From the IMG/VR virus record IMGVR_UViG_3300032331_001791, positions 28,148-92,147 of that record: a stretch of DNA of 64,000 bases. The stretch is one strand, 5' to 3'. Below are positions 20,876-30,840 of the stretch, piece after piece. Origin of the DNA: a virus. The notes beneath the pieces were generated by a model. The model was not told the origin of the DNA and ran no database searches. It saw only the letters and a list, made by a program, of their open reading frames with translations. A program made the translations under genes and the position numbers. Position 1 is the stretch's first letter. Every line of letters begins with the position of its first letter.

Positions 20876-23431
20876 ATGAATTATTTCCAAGAACTGCTTG
20901 AGAGTTATGATAGGTTAAAGAAGAGAACCTTTAAATTAGTTTATATCAATGAACAAGTTCCGCAAACTGGTAATTCAGCATTTGAAACTTTACTAAGTGC
21001 TTGGAATGGTGCTGGAAAAAAAGCATCTGAGGCTATTGATTTGGGAATTAATAATCAATATGCGGCTTATGGATTTAAAACTGTAAAAGGGCAATCTACT
21101 CCTGTTCAAGCAAGAATGATTAGAAAAAAAGATGGGGGAATAATTCCAGGTTATAACTCTCCTTACTTAGACTTAGATTCTAGTATATCTCCAGAACAAA
21201 AAGAAAAAATAGCAAATGCAATAATTGGTGGACAACAACCCTCACAACCTTCTCCTGAACAACAAGCTCAAAGGACTCCTGAACAGCCTCAAACGCCAGA
21301 GGAGTTAGCATATCAACAGGCTATAACTAAAGGATCACCAGAGTATTTACAGCAACTACAAAAACCACTAGAACCAGAGTTGCAAAGAGAACTTTTCTTT
21401 AGATCATATGAACTAAAGAAATTATGTAAGCCAGTTGAAAAAGGGGGCCCAGTTCCAGATTTTTGTGTTGAATTAGGCTTAGGTGGAGAATCCAGAGCAG
21501 GAACTTTAGGAATTGGATCTAGCCAAAAATCATTTGAAAAAAAGGTAGCTGAAGGTGCTGCCTTTGCTCGTAATGCAGAGACAAGATTGATAGAAAAAAC
21601 TGAATCTCTTTCTTTAGAACAAAGAACCCAAGCTGTAGAGGGATGGAAAGATTTAACCCAAGTTTTAATTGATCCTAATTTAGTTGATTGTAATAAAATA
21701 TTCAATAATATTAGAATAAATGTTCCAAGTGAAAAAGGGGGTAGATCTACCAAAATAATTTTTGGTCCTATTAATGAAGGATTAGAAAAATCTGTAGTAA
21801 CCTCTGCTGGATCTTTAGAAAAAGAATCCATAAAAAGAATAAAGAAGCATTGTAAAAAAGATTTTAATTCAGCAAAACTTACAGTAGCAGCAGGAAATAA
21901 GTATTCAATCAGAGGAACTTTTTTTGAAAAATGTACAAATTTTGCTTTTAGAATAAAATCTCTTCAAAGACTTCAACAAAATTGTGTTAGTGGAGATAAG
22001 AAATCTTGCAGTAATGCAGATGCTCGTAGAAAAGAATTAGCTTCTGATATAGTATCACATATAGAAACTGTAAGAGCAAATGCTATAACAACTCAACTAT
22101 CAGAGGATATTGTATCAACTACTGAATATACCGCAGTAATGGATATTCTTAAAGAACATCAAGAATTTGATACTCCTGCTGTATTACAATTCTTAGCTAG
22201 AGAAAATGCTTACGCTTCACAATTAGTTAATTCTTATTTTCCTAATGCTGTTGGTGTAATAGATTCTTCTTTAAATCCAAAAACAGGTAACAGAGCAGAT
22301 AGAAAAGTTTTATATCTAGATCAGAAGTCAGCAGTTTCTGATATGTCTAAATTGGGTGGATCAGTAACTTCTGTTAAAATATCTGATTATATTTCAAAAT
22401 GTTCTACTGATACTACTAATCCTGTGTGCTCTGAGCTAAAAGATCTTATGGAAGATTATAAACTAAATGAAAATTCAATAATACATTTAGGAGATTTAGG
22501 ATTAAAGAGAGTTACAGATTTAGAAAGTGGAGTTACCGCTGGTTCTTTTAGTGGTGCTAGACGATTATATGATTTATTTAAGAGAACTCCCTTAGCAAAA
22601 ATACAAAATGGAGATAGAATTGAAGAAGGATACATATCTAAAATAGATGAACTTCAAGAAGTTGTACCTAATAGTCCTAGAGATAAAAAAATGCAAGAAG
22701 TAGAAGATAATGTTGACAATATTTTATCTTCATTTTATTCTCATATATCTGGTAATGTAATAAATATTCCTAGTGGAAAACAAAAAGCCCTTGTTGATTT
22801 AAATAAACCAACTCAAGTTGTTGAATTACTAAAGAAAACTTTGAGGGAAAGAGTTAGTAATGATATTTTACAAAATAGTTCTTTAGGAAAACTACTTAAA
22901 CCAAATAATTTTAAAGGGCAAGAGTCTAGAGAAGAGTCTGCTGGTTTACTGATGAGATATGTTCGTCATCATATGTATAGAAAACAACTCAAAGAAAATC
23001 CAGAAGCAACAACAGATGCTCTACTTAGAAAATTATATATATGTGGAGCTAATAAAACAGAGTTAGTTCAAAGTATAGTAGATGATACTGGTCAAAATTT
23101 AAGCTTTAATCATAATCAAGTTTTTAGAAATTTAGAACAAGCAAAGAAAGAAAATAGAATTAGATTAGAAGTAAAAGATTCATCTGTAAAATATTTTGTA
23201 ACTGAACCTTCTGGTCAAGAAGTTTTATATGCAGAACTAGGAGAAGATGTAAAAATTATAGGTACAGGGCAATCTACTCACAAGTTTGCAGCAGAATTTA
23301 GTACAGGGGCAGCTAGATCTGCTATAGTTCTGAATGAAGGAAAAGAAGCATCTTCTATAGATAAAGAAAAACTTATAGAAGAGTTTATTAAAATACAACA
23401 AAAACTATTAGAATGTTTTAGTTCAAAGTAA
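20876..23431 (+). CDS. Large hypothetical protein (possible packaged/ejected head protein)
   Basis: 851 aa; N-terminal LLE|S and INE|Q, C-terminal LNE|G motifs. Confidence 0.5.
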   Translation: MNYFQELLESYDRLKKRTFKLVYINEQVPQTGNSAFETLLSAWNGAGKKASEAIDLGINNQYAAYGFKTVKGQSTPVQARMIRKKDGGIIPGYNSPYLDLDSSISPEQKEKIANAIIGGQQPSQPSPEQQAQRTPEQPQTPEELAYQQAITKGSPEYLQQLQKPLEPELQRELFFRSYELKKLCKPVEKGGPVPDFCVELGLGGESRAGTLGIGSSQKSFEKKVAEGAAFARNAETRLIEKTESLSLEQRTQAVEGWKDLTQVLIDPNLVDCNKIFNNIRINVPSEKGGRSTKIIFGPINEGLEKSVVTSAGSLEKESIKRIKKHCKKDFNSAKLTVAAGNKYSIRGTFFEKCTNFAFRIKSLQRLQQNCVSGDKKSCSNADARRKELASDIVSHIETVRANAITTQLSEDIVSTTEYTAVMDILKEHQEFDTPAVLQFLARENAYASQLVNSYFPNAVGVIDSSLNPKTGNRADRKVLYLDQKSAVSDMSKLGGSVTSVKISDYISKCSTDTTNPVCSELKDLMEDYKLNENSIIHLGDLGLKRVTDLESGVTAGSFSGARRLYDLFKRTPLAKIQNGDRIEEGYISKIDELQEVVPNSPRDKKMQEVEDNVDNILSSFYSHISGNVINIPSGKQKALVDLNKPTQVVELLKKTLRERVSNDILQNSSLGKLLKPNNFKGQESREESAGLLMRYVRHHMYRKQLKENPEATTDALLRKLYICGANKTELVQSIVDDTGQNLSFNHNQVFRNLEQAKKENRIRLEVKDSSVKYFVTEPSGQEVLYAELGEDVKIIGTGQSTHKFAAEFSTGAARSAIVLNEGKEASSIDKEKLIEEFIKIQQKLLECFSSK

Positions 23432-23936
23432 AAAAGTAATCATCAGATAAGCTTAGTATTTTTTCTAGTAAGTTAATCTCATACTGGTCAAAGGTTATAG
23501 TATCCGAGAACCTAGAAAATAACCCGATTCTTGAAATTATTAAAGCTGGTTGTCTATCTTGTTGATAAACTATAACTGAAGTTTTTCCAGATACTTGTGA
23601 ATCTCTTTCAGATTGTTTGATAAATTCCCAAAGCTCTGAACTATTATTAAATATACTATTTATATTTACTTTATTATAACCTTTTTTACACTCAATAATA
23701 TGTTTAAAGTTCTTTGGTGTGATAAGATCTCCATAAACTTTAAGGTAATCTGGCAGACTGTGCGTAGTGGCAAACGCACCAGAACCGGGGCTTCTGCAAA
23801 ATTCTGTTGTATTGAACCTATCATTGAGTAGGGCACAGATCTTTCTTTCAAAGATATTGCCCTTGGAGCGGCTGTTAACTCTTTTTTTCTTAGATAATTT
23901 TTCTTTTAACAATTTTGAATCGTAAGAATCTTTCAT
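23418..23936 (-). CDS. Holliday junction resolvase (PD-(D/E)xK, Hjc-like)
   Basis: SRSKGNIFER..SPGSGA..GDL..IIECKKGY. Confidence 0.85.
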   Translation of the reverse strand: MKDSYDSKLLKEKLSKKKRVNSRSKGNIFERKICALLNDRFNTTEFCRSPGSGAFATTHSLPDYLKVYGDLITPKNFKHIIECKKGYNKVNINSIFNNSSELWEFIKQSERDSQVSGKTSVIVYQQDRQPALIISRIGLFSRFSDTITFDQYEINLLEKILSLSDDYFFTLN

Positions 23937-23940
23937 AAAT

Positions 23941-24309
23941 ATGAATCCTCAAGACTATAATAGTTCGGAAGTGGATAAACCTACTTCTATTAAAATCAAT
24001 ATAAAAAATTGGAAAATCCGTAACCACATTCGTAAAGGTGATAAAGTGAGACTTACTGTAAATTTAGACAAAGATCAATCGGTAGCATGGAAAAACTTCA
24101 AGCAGTTCTGTCAACCAAAAGATTTATCTGATGATGAATTCTTGAAGGTTGTATTTCTAACTGGAGTTGAAGCAATGAATAATGAACTCATCAGACTTAT
24201 TAAAGAGTATAAGAAAGAAAATTCAGATGAGCTTGCAGCTTCAGGGATAACCATTGTTGAAGAAGAAGATGGCAATATTACAATTTCCGAAACCGACGAT
24301 AAAGAATGA
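23941..24309 (+). CDS. Hypothetical protein (true start may be GTG 23971)
   Basis: ORF with acidic tail. Confidence 0.55.
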   Translation: MNPQDYNSSEVDKPTSIKINIKNWKIRNHIRKGDKVRLTVNLDKDQSVAWKNFKQFCQPKDLSDDEFLKVVFLTGVEAMNNELIRLIKEYKKENSDELAASGITIVEEEDGNITISETDDKE

Positions 24310-24313
24310 TACA

Positions 24314-24640
24314 ATGTTTAATTTAATTTTCTTATCAAAAGAAAATGATCTCAACAAGATTCTAAGAAATCAAAAAAGAAATAAGGATACAATTAATATT
24401 TTATTTATATCCTTATGGGATGATTATTGCAATGAACTTGTAGATAAGATTAAAGAAAAATACAGCGCAGTATCGGACGCTAAAGAAGACTTATATATTG
24501 TAGATAGTTTCAATATGCCGCATAGTTTTGTAATATATGAAGTTACAAAAACTCCAGAGTTAGTAATCTTAAGAAAAGATAAGCCAGCGTTTATTGAATC
24601 CTATTTGCCGAAGATATATGATTATTTGAATATCAAGTAA
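24314..24640 (+). CDS. Thioredoxin-fold-like protein
   Basis: ILFISLWDDYC (degenerate WCxxC), YIVD, V.KTP.LV pattern. Confidence 0.5.
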   Translation: MFNLIFLSKENDLNKILRNQKRNKDTINILFISLWDDYCNELVDKIKEKYSAVSDAKEDLYIVDSFNMPHSFVIYEVTKTPELVILRKDKPAFIESYLPKIYDYLNIK

Positions 24641-24977
24641 TATTATCTTTATTTTTATCAATGTATCCTTGAATTTTTATATTATATCTCTTATTTTTAG
24701 AGTATAATAATTTTAGATTATTAAGGATAATTGTTGTAAAGTATGTAAAGGCTGTTCCTTTTTTTGCTTTAAAATTTTTCAGAGTTTTTAGTATTAAAAA
24801 GAAACAGTCTTGCTTTGCATCTTCTTTTTCTAATTTAAAATTAAATCCCTCTATTATATTCTCAATTAAAAGGTCGAACATCTTCATAAGTTCGTCCTCA
24901 TGTTTTTCGGGGTTCTTCTTATACTTGCGTATAAGAGCTTCAAATTCTTTATTATTTATGTAATTTTTTTTTGCCAT
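24633..24977 (-). CDS. gp55: Late-transcription sigma factor (gp55-like)
   Basis: NYINNKEF...EDAKQD...NF...AFTYFTTII..N. Confidence 0.8.
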   Translation of the reverse strand: MAKKNYINNKEFEALIRKYKKNPEKHEDELMKMFDLLIENIIEGFNFKLEKEDAKQDCFFLILKTLKNFKAKKGTAFTYFTTIILNNLKLLYSKNKRYNIKIQGYIDKNKDNIT

Positions 24978-24993
24978 ACCCTATAATAGTACA

Positions 24994-26010
24994 ATGGATT
25001 TAGAGAAGCTTTATAAAGGTGTTGATGTTGCTCCTGATAACCCTTTGTGTTCTGGCTGTAACATCTTAACTAAAACTAAACCTTTTTATTGTGGTCTGGA
25101 TTATCTTAATCTGGAACAGAGTGATGTTTTATTTTTATCGGATTCTCTAAAGTATAAGTTTGGGAAGTCTTACGCTTTTACAGACATTGAGGAAGAGTTA
25201 ATTAAATCTGTCTTTCCTCACCAATATGCTACTGCTGCTGCGGTAAAATGTCCTTCTGTTAAAGAGGCCGATATTACTCCAGCCAGCATGAACATTTGTA
25301 GAGCGCATCTTATTCCTACGATTGACAAGGTTAAGCCTAAGCTGGTTTACGCCTGTGGAAATCTAGCTATGAAGATGCTTATCAAGAAGAGTGGGATTAC
25401 GGATAAGCGGGGAAACTCGTATGATTACGAGACTCCTAATGGGCACAAGTGCGTTGTTGTTCCTATCTTCCATCCCTATGCAATCATAAATGAGCCTAGG
25501 CATAAGCCTACTTTTGAGTCTGATATTCTTAATGGATATGATAAACATATCCGTGGAAATACTAAGCAGACCAAAATGGATTATACTTTGGTAAGGGATT
25601 TAAAGACTCTTCAAGAACTCGCTGTCAGAATAAAGAATCATACAGGGCCAATAGCTGTTGATATTGAAACTACGGGTCTTAATTTCCTACAGGATAAGAT
25701 TATGACTGTAGGTATTGCGACAGATGATATATCTATTGTAGTTCCTGTCGAGCACAAAGAATTTAATTGGAACGACACTGGCTCGTCTGTTGTCAAGGTA
25801 TGCGAATTAATTCAAGAAGCTTTGAGCGGTAACTCAATCAAGGTTCTTCATAATGCCAAGTTTGATCTTAAGTTCCTGCATCGTTACGGTGTCAGCATCA
25901 CTAATATTGCAGATACAAAGATCATGTCGCATATGATCAATGAAGAAGGTAAGAATAGTCTTAAGGATCTTGTCAAGCAATTTTTCCCTGAGTATTTGGA
26001 GAAACTCTAA
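24994..26010 (+). CDS. polA: DNA polymerase A, part 1: UDG-like domain plus ExoI/ExoII
   Basis: CSGC, VKCP, CGNLA, IFHP (UDG-like); DIETTG, HNAKFD. Confidence 0.85.
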   Translation: MDLEKLYKGVDVAPDNPLCSGCNILTKTKPFYCGLDYLNLEQSDVLFLSDSLKYKFGKSYAFTDIEEELIKSVFPHQYATAAAVKCPSVKEADITPASMNICRAHLIPTIDKVKPKLVYACGNLAMKMLIKKSGITDKRGNSYDYETPNGHKCVVVPIFHPYAIINEPRHKPTFESDILNGYDKHIRGNTKQTKMDYTLVRDLKTLQELAVRIKNHTGPIAVDIETTGLNFLQDKIMTVGIATDDISIVVPVEHKEFNWNDTGSSVVKVCELIQEALSGNSIKVLHNAKFDLKFLHRYGVSITNIADTKIMSHMINEEGKNSLKDLVKQFFPEYLEKL

Positions 26011-26504
26011 TGTTAGGTATTACTGATCCGGGTAAGTTTGATTGGGAAAACATTTCTCTTTCAGCGTGTGCTAATGGAAACTACATGGACGCACACTTCA
26101 CTCTTCAACTCTTTTACATCTTCCAAAAGAAGATGGAAGAGAAGAAGATGGATAAAGTGTTCTTTAAGGTTATATGCCCAGCCCTGAATGAGTTTGCATT
26201 AATTGAATATAATGGTATTAATGTATCTACTGAAAAGCTAGACGAGGTTGGAAAGCAACTTCGTAATAAGAATATTGATCAGGAAGATCTTCTCTACGAT
26301 TGTAAGGGAATTACCAAGGAAGACAACCTATCATCAAACAACGACTTGATCGACATTCTGTATACCAGAGAGGGTGGTCTTGAACTTTATCCTCCTGATA
26401 AAACAGCTAAAGGATCTCCATCTGTTTCAGCACCAACACTAGAACTTCTTTTGGACTTTATTAATCAGGAGCTTGCATCCCGTGTCAAAGTGGAAAAATC
26501 GTGA
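26010..26504 (+). CDS. polA: DNA polymerase A, part 2: ExoIII plus thumb
   Basis: NYMDAHFT; IEYNGI; NLSS..L..ILY; TAKGSPSV..TL. Confidence 0.8.
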   Translation: MLGITDPGKFDWENISLSACANGNYMDAHFTLQLFYIFQKKMEEKKMDKVFFKVICPALNEFALIEYNGINVSTEKLDEVGKQLRNKNIDQEDLLYDCKGITKEDNLSSNNDLIDILYTREGGLELYPPDKTAKGSPSVSAPTLELLLDFINQELASRVKVEKS

Positions 26505-27600
26505 AGAGAATAAGGACATTGCTAAGTCTGTTATTTCTAGCAAGTCCACAGAGGATCTTCGTGAGTCTAAGAAATTTATTGAGGGGTTGCTCAACCTCCG
26601 TAAGTCTGAGAAGCTAGAGAAGACCTACATTCAAGGAACTAAGTCCGCTATTGAATATAATGGTCTAGATAAAGTTTATGTTGATTTTCGCTTTGATGGA
26701 ACAGCTACAGGGCGTTTATCTTGTGCTGCCTATTCAGCTAAGGAAGATATGGGTGTTTCTTTCCATACTCTGCCCCGTGAAACAGAGAACAACATCCGCT
26801 CGATCTTTGTAGCTCCAAAGGACCAAGCCTTCATCACTGTAGACTACGCAGCGATGGAACTGCGTGTCCTTGCCCACATTGCCAAAGAGAAGGTCATGCA
26901 GAAGGCGTTCATTGATGGAGCAGACCTGCATACTTATACAGCCGAGCTTCTGTTTAATAAGAAGAAGATCTCGAAGGATGAGCGTCAGATTGCTAAGACA
27001 GTATCCTTCTTGATTGTTTACGGTGGTGGAGCGTACAATCTTTCAGAGACTATGAACATTCCTCTTAAGCGTGCCGAGAAGATTATCCAGAACTACCAAA
27101 GAGTTTATCCTGGAATCTTTTCATACATGGAGTTTGTTAATCAGTTTATTCTGCAAAACCAGTATGCATATACCATCTTTGGTAGACGCAGGAATCTGGT
27201 GGATGTTACTTCTAAAGAGCAGTCAGTAGTTAATCGAGCACTGCGACAAGGACTTAACTTCACTATTCAAAGCACTGCCTCCGATATTCTTCTTTGTGGA
27301 ATGCTTGGGTGTTGCAACGAGTTTCGTAAGAATTTATTGAAGGCAAGACCTGTAGCAACCGTTCACGATAGTTTGGAAGTAGTCTGCCCTTATGATGAAG
27401 TAGAGAAAACTTTAGAGATTATCTACGATCAAATGGTGAATGTTCCTATAATAAAGGATACATTTAATATTAACTTCTCTGTTCCATTTAAGATCGACGC
27501 AGAGGTAGGACACTCTTTTGGTGATGGTAAAGAAGTTAACTTTGAGAATGGCAAACCCACAAATATGACAGAAATTTTAGGATATTTAAATGAAGGTTGA
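26482..27600 (+). CDS. polA: DNA polymerase A, part 3: polymerase domain
   Basis: TATGRLS; motif A DYAAMELRVLAH; motif B RQIAKTVSFLIVYG; motif C VHDS; GTG start with AGGAG at 26467-26471. Confidence 0.93.
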   Translation: MSKWKNREENKDIAKSVISSKSTEDLRESKKFIEGLLNLRKSEKLEKTYIQGTKSAIEYNGLDKVYVDFRFDGTATGRLSCAAYSAKEDMGVSFHTLPRETENNIRSIFVAPKDQAFITVDYAAMELRVLAHIAKEKVMQKAFIDGADLHTYTAELLFNKKKISKDERQIAKTVSFLIVYGGGAYNLSETMNIPLKRAEKIIQNYQRVYPGIFSYMEFVNQFILQNQYAYTIFGRRRNLVDVTSKEQSVVNRALRQGLNFTIQSTASDILLCGMLGCCNEFRKNLLKARPVATVHDSLEVVCPYDEVEKTLEIIYDQMVNVPIIKDTFNINFSVPFKIDAEVGHSFGDGKEVNFENGKPTNMTEILGYLNEG

Positions 27601-28270
27601 ATGCCTAGATAAAGGGTATGTAGAATTAATTACATATACTCCAGGGGGAGATTTACTTGTAGTTAATGCAGCTAGATGTTCTTTTGATAAGGAGCATAAA
27701 ATATTTAATGAAGACAAAGATTCTAAACTTATCTCTTACCTTGCACGGCATGGGCATTTATTGCCATTTAGACACCCTCACGCTACCTTTCGTATACATT
27801 GCCCCATCTTTGTATTACGCCAGCTAGGGAAGCATCAGGTTGGTTTTAGTTGGAGCGAAGTTTCTAGACGCTATATAACTTCGGAGCCTGAGTTTTACAC
27901 TCCAAAGGATTGGAGAGAGAAGGCTCCTAATGTAAAGCAAGGAAGTCTTCAACAGGTTTCTGAATACAGCACTTTTGCTACTAGTGACCATAGTGATCTA
28001 ATTAAAATGTCGTTAGGAATGTATAACGATTTATTAAATCAAGGGATCTGTGCCGAGCAAGCCCGTATGATTCTTCCTCAATCCATGTATACGACCACTG
28101 TAACAACTGGGTCATTGCTAGGCTGGCATCATCTTTGGGAGCAGAGAACGGATTCTCATGCCCAGCTAGAGACTCAGGAGTACGCACAGGCAATTGGTCA
28201 TATGATGAGTAAGCTTTATCATTATAGTTGGAAAGCACTTTGTGATGAGAAAAACGCAGATAATCGGTGA
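27590..28270 (+). CDS. thyX: Flavin-dependent thymidylate synthase
   Basis: VNAAR.S, H..PF.H, RQ..KH, SEVSRRY, EQARMILP, HAQ.E. Confidence 0.95.
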   Translation: MKVECLDKGYVELITYTPGGDLLVVNAARCSFDKEHKIFNEDKDSKLISYLARHGHLLPFRHPHATFRIHCPIFVLRQLGKHQVGFSWSEVSRRYITSEPEFYTPKDWREKAPNVKQGSLQQVSEYSTFATSDHSDLIKMSLGMYNDLLNQGICAEQARMILPQSMYTTTVTTGSLLGWHHLWEQRTDSHAQLETQEYAQAIGHMMSKLYHYSWKALCDEKNADNR

Positions 28271-29240
28271 TATACATCTTGATGATCGGTATTTAGGTTA
28301 TCTTGATTTCCAAATTCAAACTATTAAAAAATTAATTGATTCCGAAAACTGCGAAGATATAATATTCTTAGGTGATTTATTTGAGAAGCGGTCACCTAGC
28401 CCAAAAGTTCTTCTTGCTCTCCAGGAAATATTAGATTATGTTCCTAGAGACAAGAAGATTTATTTATTAAGAGGTAATCACTGCTCTCAAACCAAGGCTG
28501 ATGATGGTCTAACAGCCTTATCATTATTTGAATACAAAAGAAATGTAACCGTAATTAAACATACTAGATCAGTTAACGGATACACTTTTATTCCGCATTA
28601 TGAGAATGAACGAACAATTATTGACGATCTCTGCCGTGTGCCTGACACTGATGTTTTGTTTGGGCATTTTGGCTATAATGGTTGTCTTAATCCCGCTGGC
28701 GATCCTGATTTTAGCATTTCACCTGATATGTTTACCAGTAGATCTTTTCTTGGACACATACACCATTATAAAGAAAAAGATAACATAACGATTGTTGGAA
28801 CTCCTTACACTACTTCTTTTCAAGAAGCAAACAAAGATAGTTATTACGCAGTTCTAGATTCAAAAGGTAATTATAAAATGAAGCCAATTAATTTTGGCAT
28901 TCGTCATTTAATAATGAATCTAGAAGATCTGCCTAATCAAAAAGAGTTTATTGAGGATCCTAAGTATTTTACTTTATTGAGAGTAATGGTGGACACATTG
29001 GATAAGAACCAAGATAATATTAGAGAGATTATTGATCATGTCAAGCCCCAGTATTTAGATATTAAATATAAGCCAGTGGTAGACGAGAAGAAACCACAGA
29101 GCACCTTTAATACAACTGAGGTTATTACAAAGATTGATGAGAGTTTAATTTTAGATTATATTAATAATACAAATACAACTCTTGGTAAGCAGGAATTGCT
29201 AGACGGTCTGAGATTAATAAATGAAAATCAATCGAATTGA
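28245..29240 (+). CDS. gp47: Recombination nuclease (gp47/SbcD/Mre11-like)
   Basis: GDIH, GDLF, GNH, GHIH metallophosphoesterase motifs. Confidence 0.9.
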   Translation: MRKTQIIGDIHLDDRYLGYLDFQIQTIKKLIDSENCEDIIFLGDLFEKRSPSPKVLLALQEILDYVPRDKKIYLLRGNHCSQTKADDGLTALSLFEYKRNVTVIKHTRSVNGYTFIPHYENERTIIDDLCRVPDTDVLFGHFGYNGCLNPAGDPDFSISPDMFTSRSFLGHIHHYKEKDNITIVGTPYTTSFQEANKDSYYAVLDSKGNYKMKPINFGIRHLIMNLEDLPNQKEFIEDPKYFTLLRVMVDTLDKNQDNIREIIDHVKPQYLDIKYKPVVDEKKPQSTFNTTEVITKIDESLILDYINNTNTTLGKQELLDGLRLINENQSN

Positions 29241-30840
29241 AATTAAAAACTTTTATTCTATCAGAGAGATTAAGATTAATTTTGATACCCATAGTGGTAT
29301 CGTCCTGATAGAGGGCAAGAACAAGGATATAGGGGGCTCCAATGGCTCAGGAAAGAGTTCGATCCTTGAGGCTGTGGTTTGGGGCATCTTTGGTCGAACC
29401 ATCCGTAAATCGACGGAGGAAGCTCTTATAAATGTCTACGATAATAAAGACTGCCATGTTATTATTAACTTAAATAATAACATGAAAATAGTTCGTAGTA
29501 AGAGACCTAACTTCCTTAAGTTTTATGTTGGTGATGAAGATAAAACACAAGAGAGCAGCACCAAGACTCAGGAACTAATAGAGCAAACTCTTAATACAAA
29601 CTACAAGACATTCCTAGCGTCAACTATCTTTGGGCAGCATAACTCTGTAGATTTTATTGATGCTACTCCAGAGGATAAGAGATTAATAATTAAAAACTTC
29701 CTTAATCTAGATGATATCTTTTCAAAGAGAGATACCGTCAAGGATCTTAAGTCTAAATACAATAATGAATTAAAGACATTAGAAGCTCTAGTTTCTGATA
29801 CTAATGGAAGCTTAAATAAACTTTCTTCTAAACTTGTAGAGATAGATGAAGGGGAGAAGAAGTTCTTACAGGAAAATGATTTACTACAAGAGGATTTAGT
29901 AAATTATGATCTTGATAAAGTCTTATCCTTAGAATCTAAAAAGGATAAACTTAAATCATTAATCAAAGAACTAGAAACATCTATTAAACAATATAATAAG
30001 TTTAAAGATGAGTCTGAAAAAGAAATAGGAATAATAGAAAAGAAAAAGGTTTCTAGTTGTCCTACCTGTGGAAATGAAATAAAAGATCTTCCACAGAAAA
30101 GAATAAAGGAAATAAAAAATAAACTTAATGAAGAGACTATTAAGTTTGAAAACAATAAAAGTAAATTAGAAGATTCTCAAAAAGAATATGAATTAATAGT
30201 AATACCTTTTCCTTCGTCTAAATATAAATTAATTAACGAATGGAAAGAACTTAAATCTAAGAAGGATTACCTCCTAGAATCTAAACGAGAATTAGAATTA
30301 AAACTGGATGATCTTGCAAAAGAGAAAGCTAGTATACTGAGAAGTATAGAGATTATGAAGTTCTGGGAGAAGGCTTTCTCTGAGTCTGGTTTAATAAAAT
30401 ATATCATTAGAAATATCCTAAATTTCCTGAATGGAAAGATCAACTATTACCTATCATATCTGTCCAACGGGAAGTTCGTTATTCGGTTTGATGAAGAATT
30501 AAATGAAAAAATTTACACAAACGGAAAGCAACTTTCCTTCGTTTCTTTATCAGGTGGAGAAAAGCGTAAGATTAGTCTGGCAACCATGTTAGGTTTACAG
30601 AGTTTGCTCTCTAGCTCCAAGCGTGAGCAGACCAACATAATGTTTTTCGATGAAGTAGGAGAAAATCTAGATCAAGATGGTTTAGATGGTCTCTATATAT
30701 TACTATCTGAATTAAAGAAAGAGAAGACTTTATTCATAATAACACATAATAATTATCTTAAAACTTTGATTGATAATTGTAAGGTGTTAACAGTAACCAA
30801 GCATCACGGTGTATCTTATTTGTCGAGACGAAATCAATGA
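29221..30840 (+). CDS. gp46: Recombination ATPase (gp46/SbcC/Rad50-like)
   Basis: NGSGKSS, CPTC hook, LSGGE, FFDE, ITH. Confidence 0.95.
   Translation: MKINRIEIKNFYSIREIKINFDTHSGIVLIEGKNKDIGGSNGSGKSSILEAVVWGIFGRTIRKSTEEALINVYDNKDCHVIINLNNNMKIVRSKRPNFLKFYVGDEDKTQESSTKTQELIEQTLNTNYKTFLASTIFGQHNSVDFIDATPEDKRLIIKNFLNLDDIFSKRDTVKDLKSKYNNELKTLEALVSDTNGSLNKLSSKLVEIDEGEKKFLQENDLLQEDLVNYDLDKVLSLESKKDKLKSLIKELETSIKQYNKFKDESEKEIGIIEKKKVSSCPTCGNEIKDLPQKRIKEIKNKLNEETIKFENNKSKLEDSQKEYELIVIPFPSSKYKLINEWKELKSKKDYLLESKRELELKLDDLAKEKASILRSIEIMKFWEKAFSESGLIKYIIRNILNFLNGKINYYLSYLSNGKFVIRFDEELNEKIYTNGKQLSFVSLSGGEKRKISLATMLGLQSLLSSSKREQTNIMFFDEVGENLDQDGLDGLYILLSELKKEKTLFIITHNNYLKTLIDNCKVLTVTKHHGVSYLSRRNQ

Noticed and set aside
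1909-21831. Many minus-strand and nested ORFs in the structural module
   Set aside because: Fully overlapped by well-supported + strand genes; no motifs or SDs
24994-27600. Intron, intein or stop-codon recoding as the cause of the polymerase split
   Set aside because: No intervening sequence; junctions are frame changes rather than in-frame stops; other genes read normally in code 11; no suppressor tRNA
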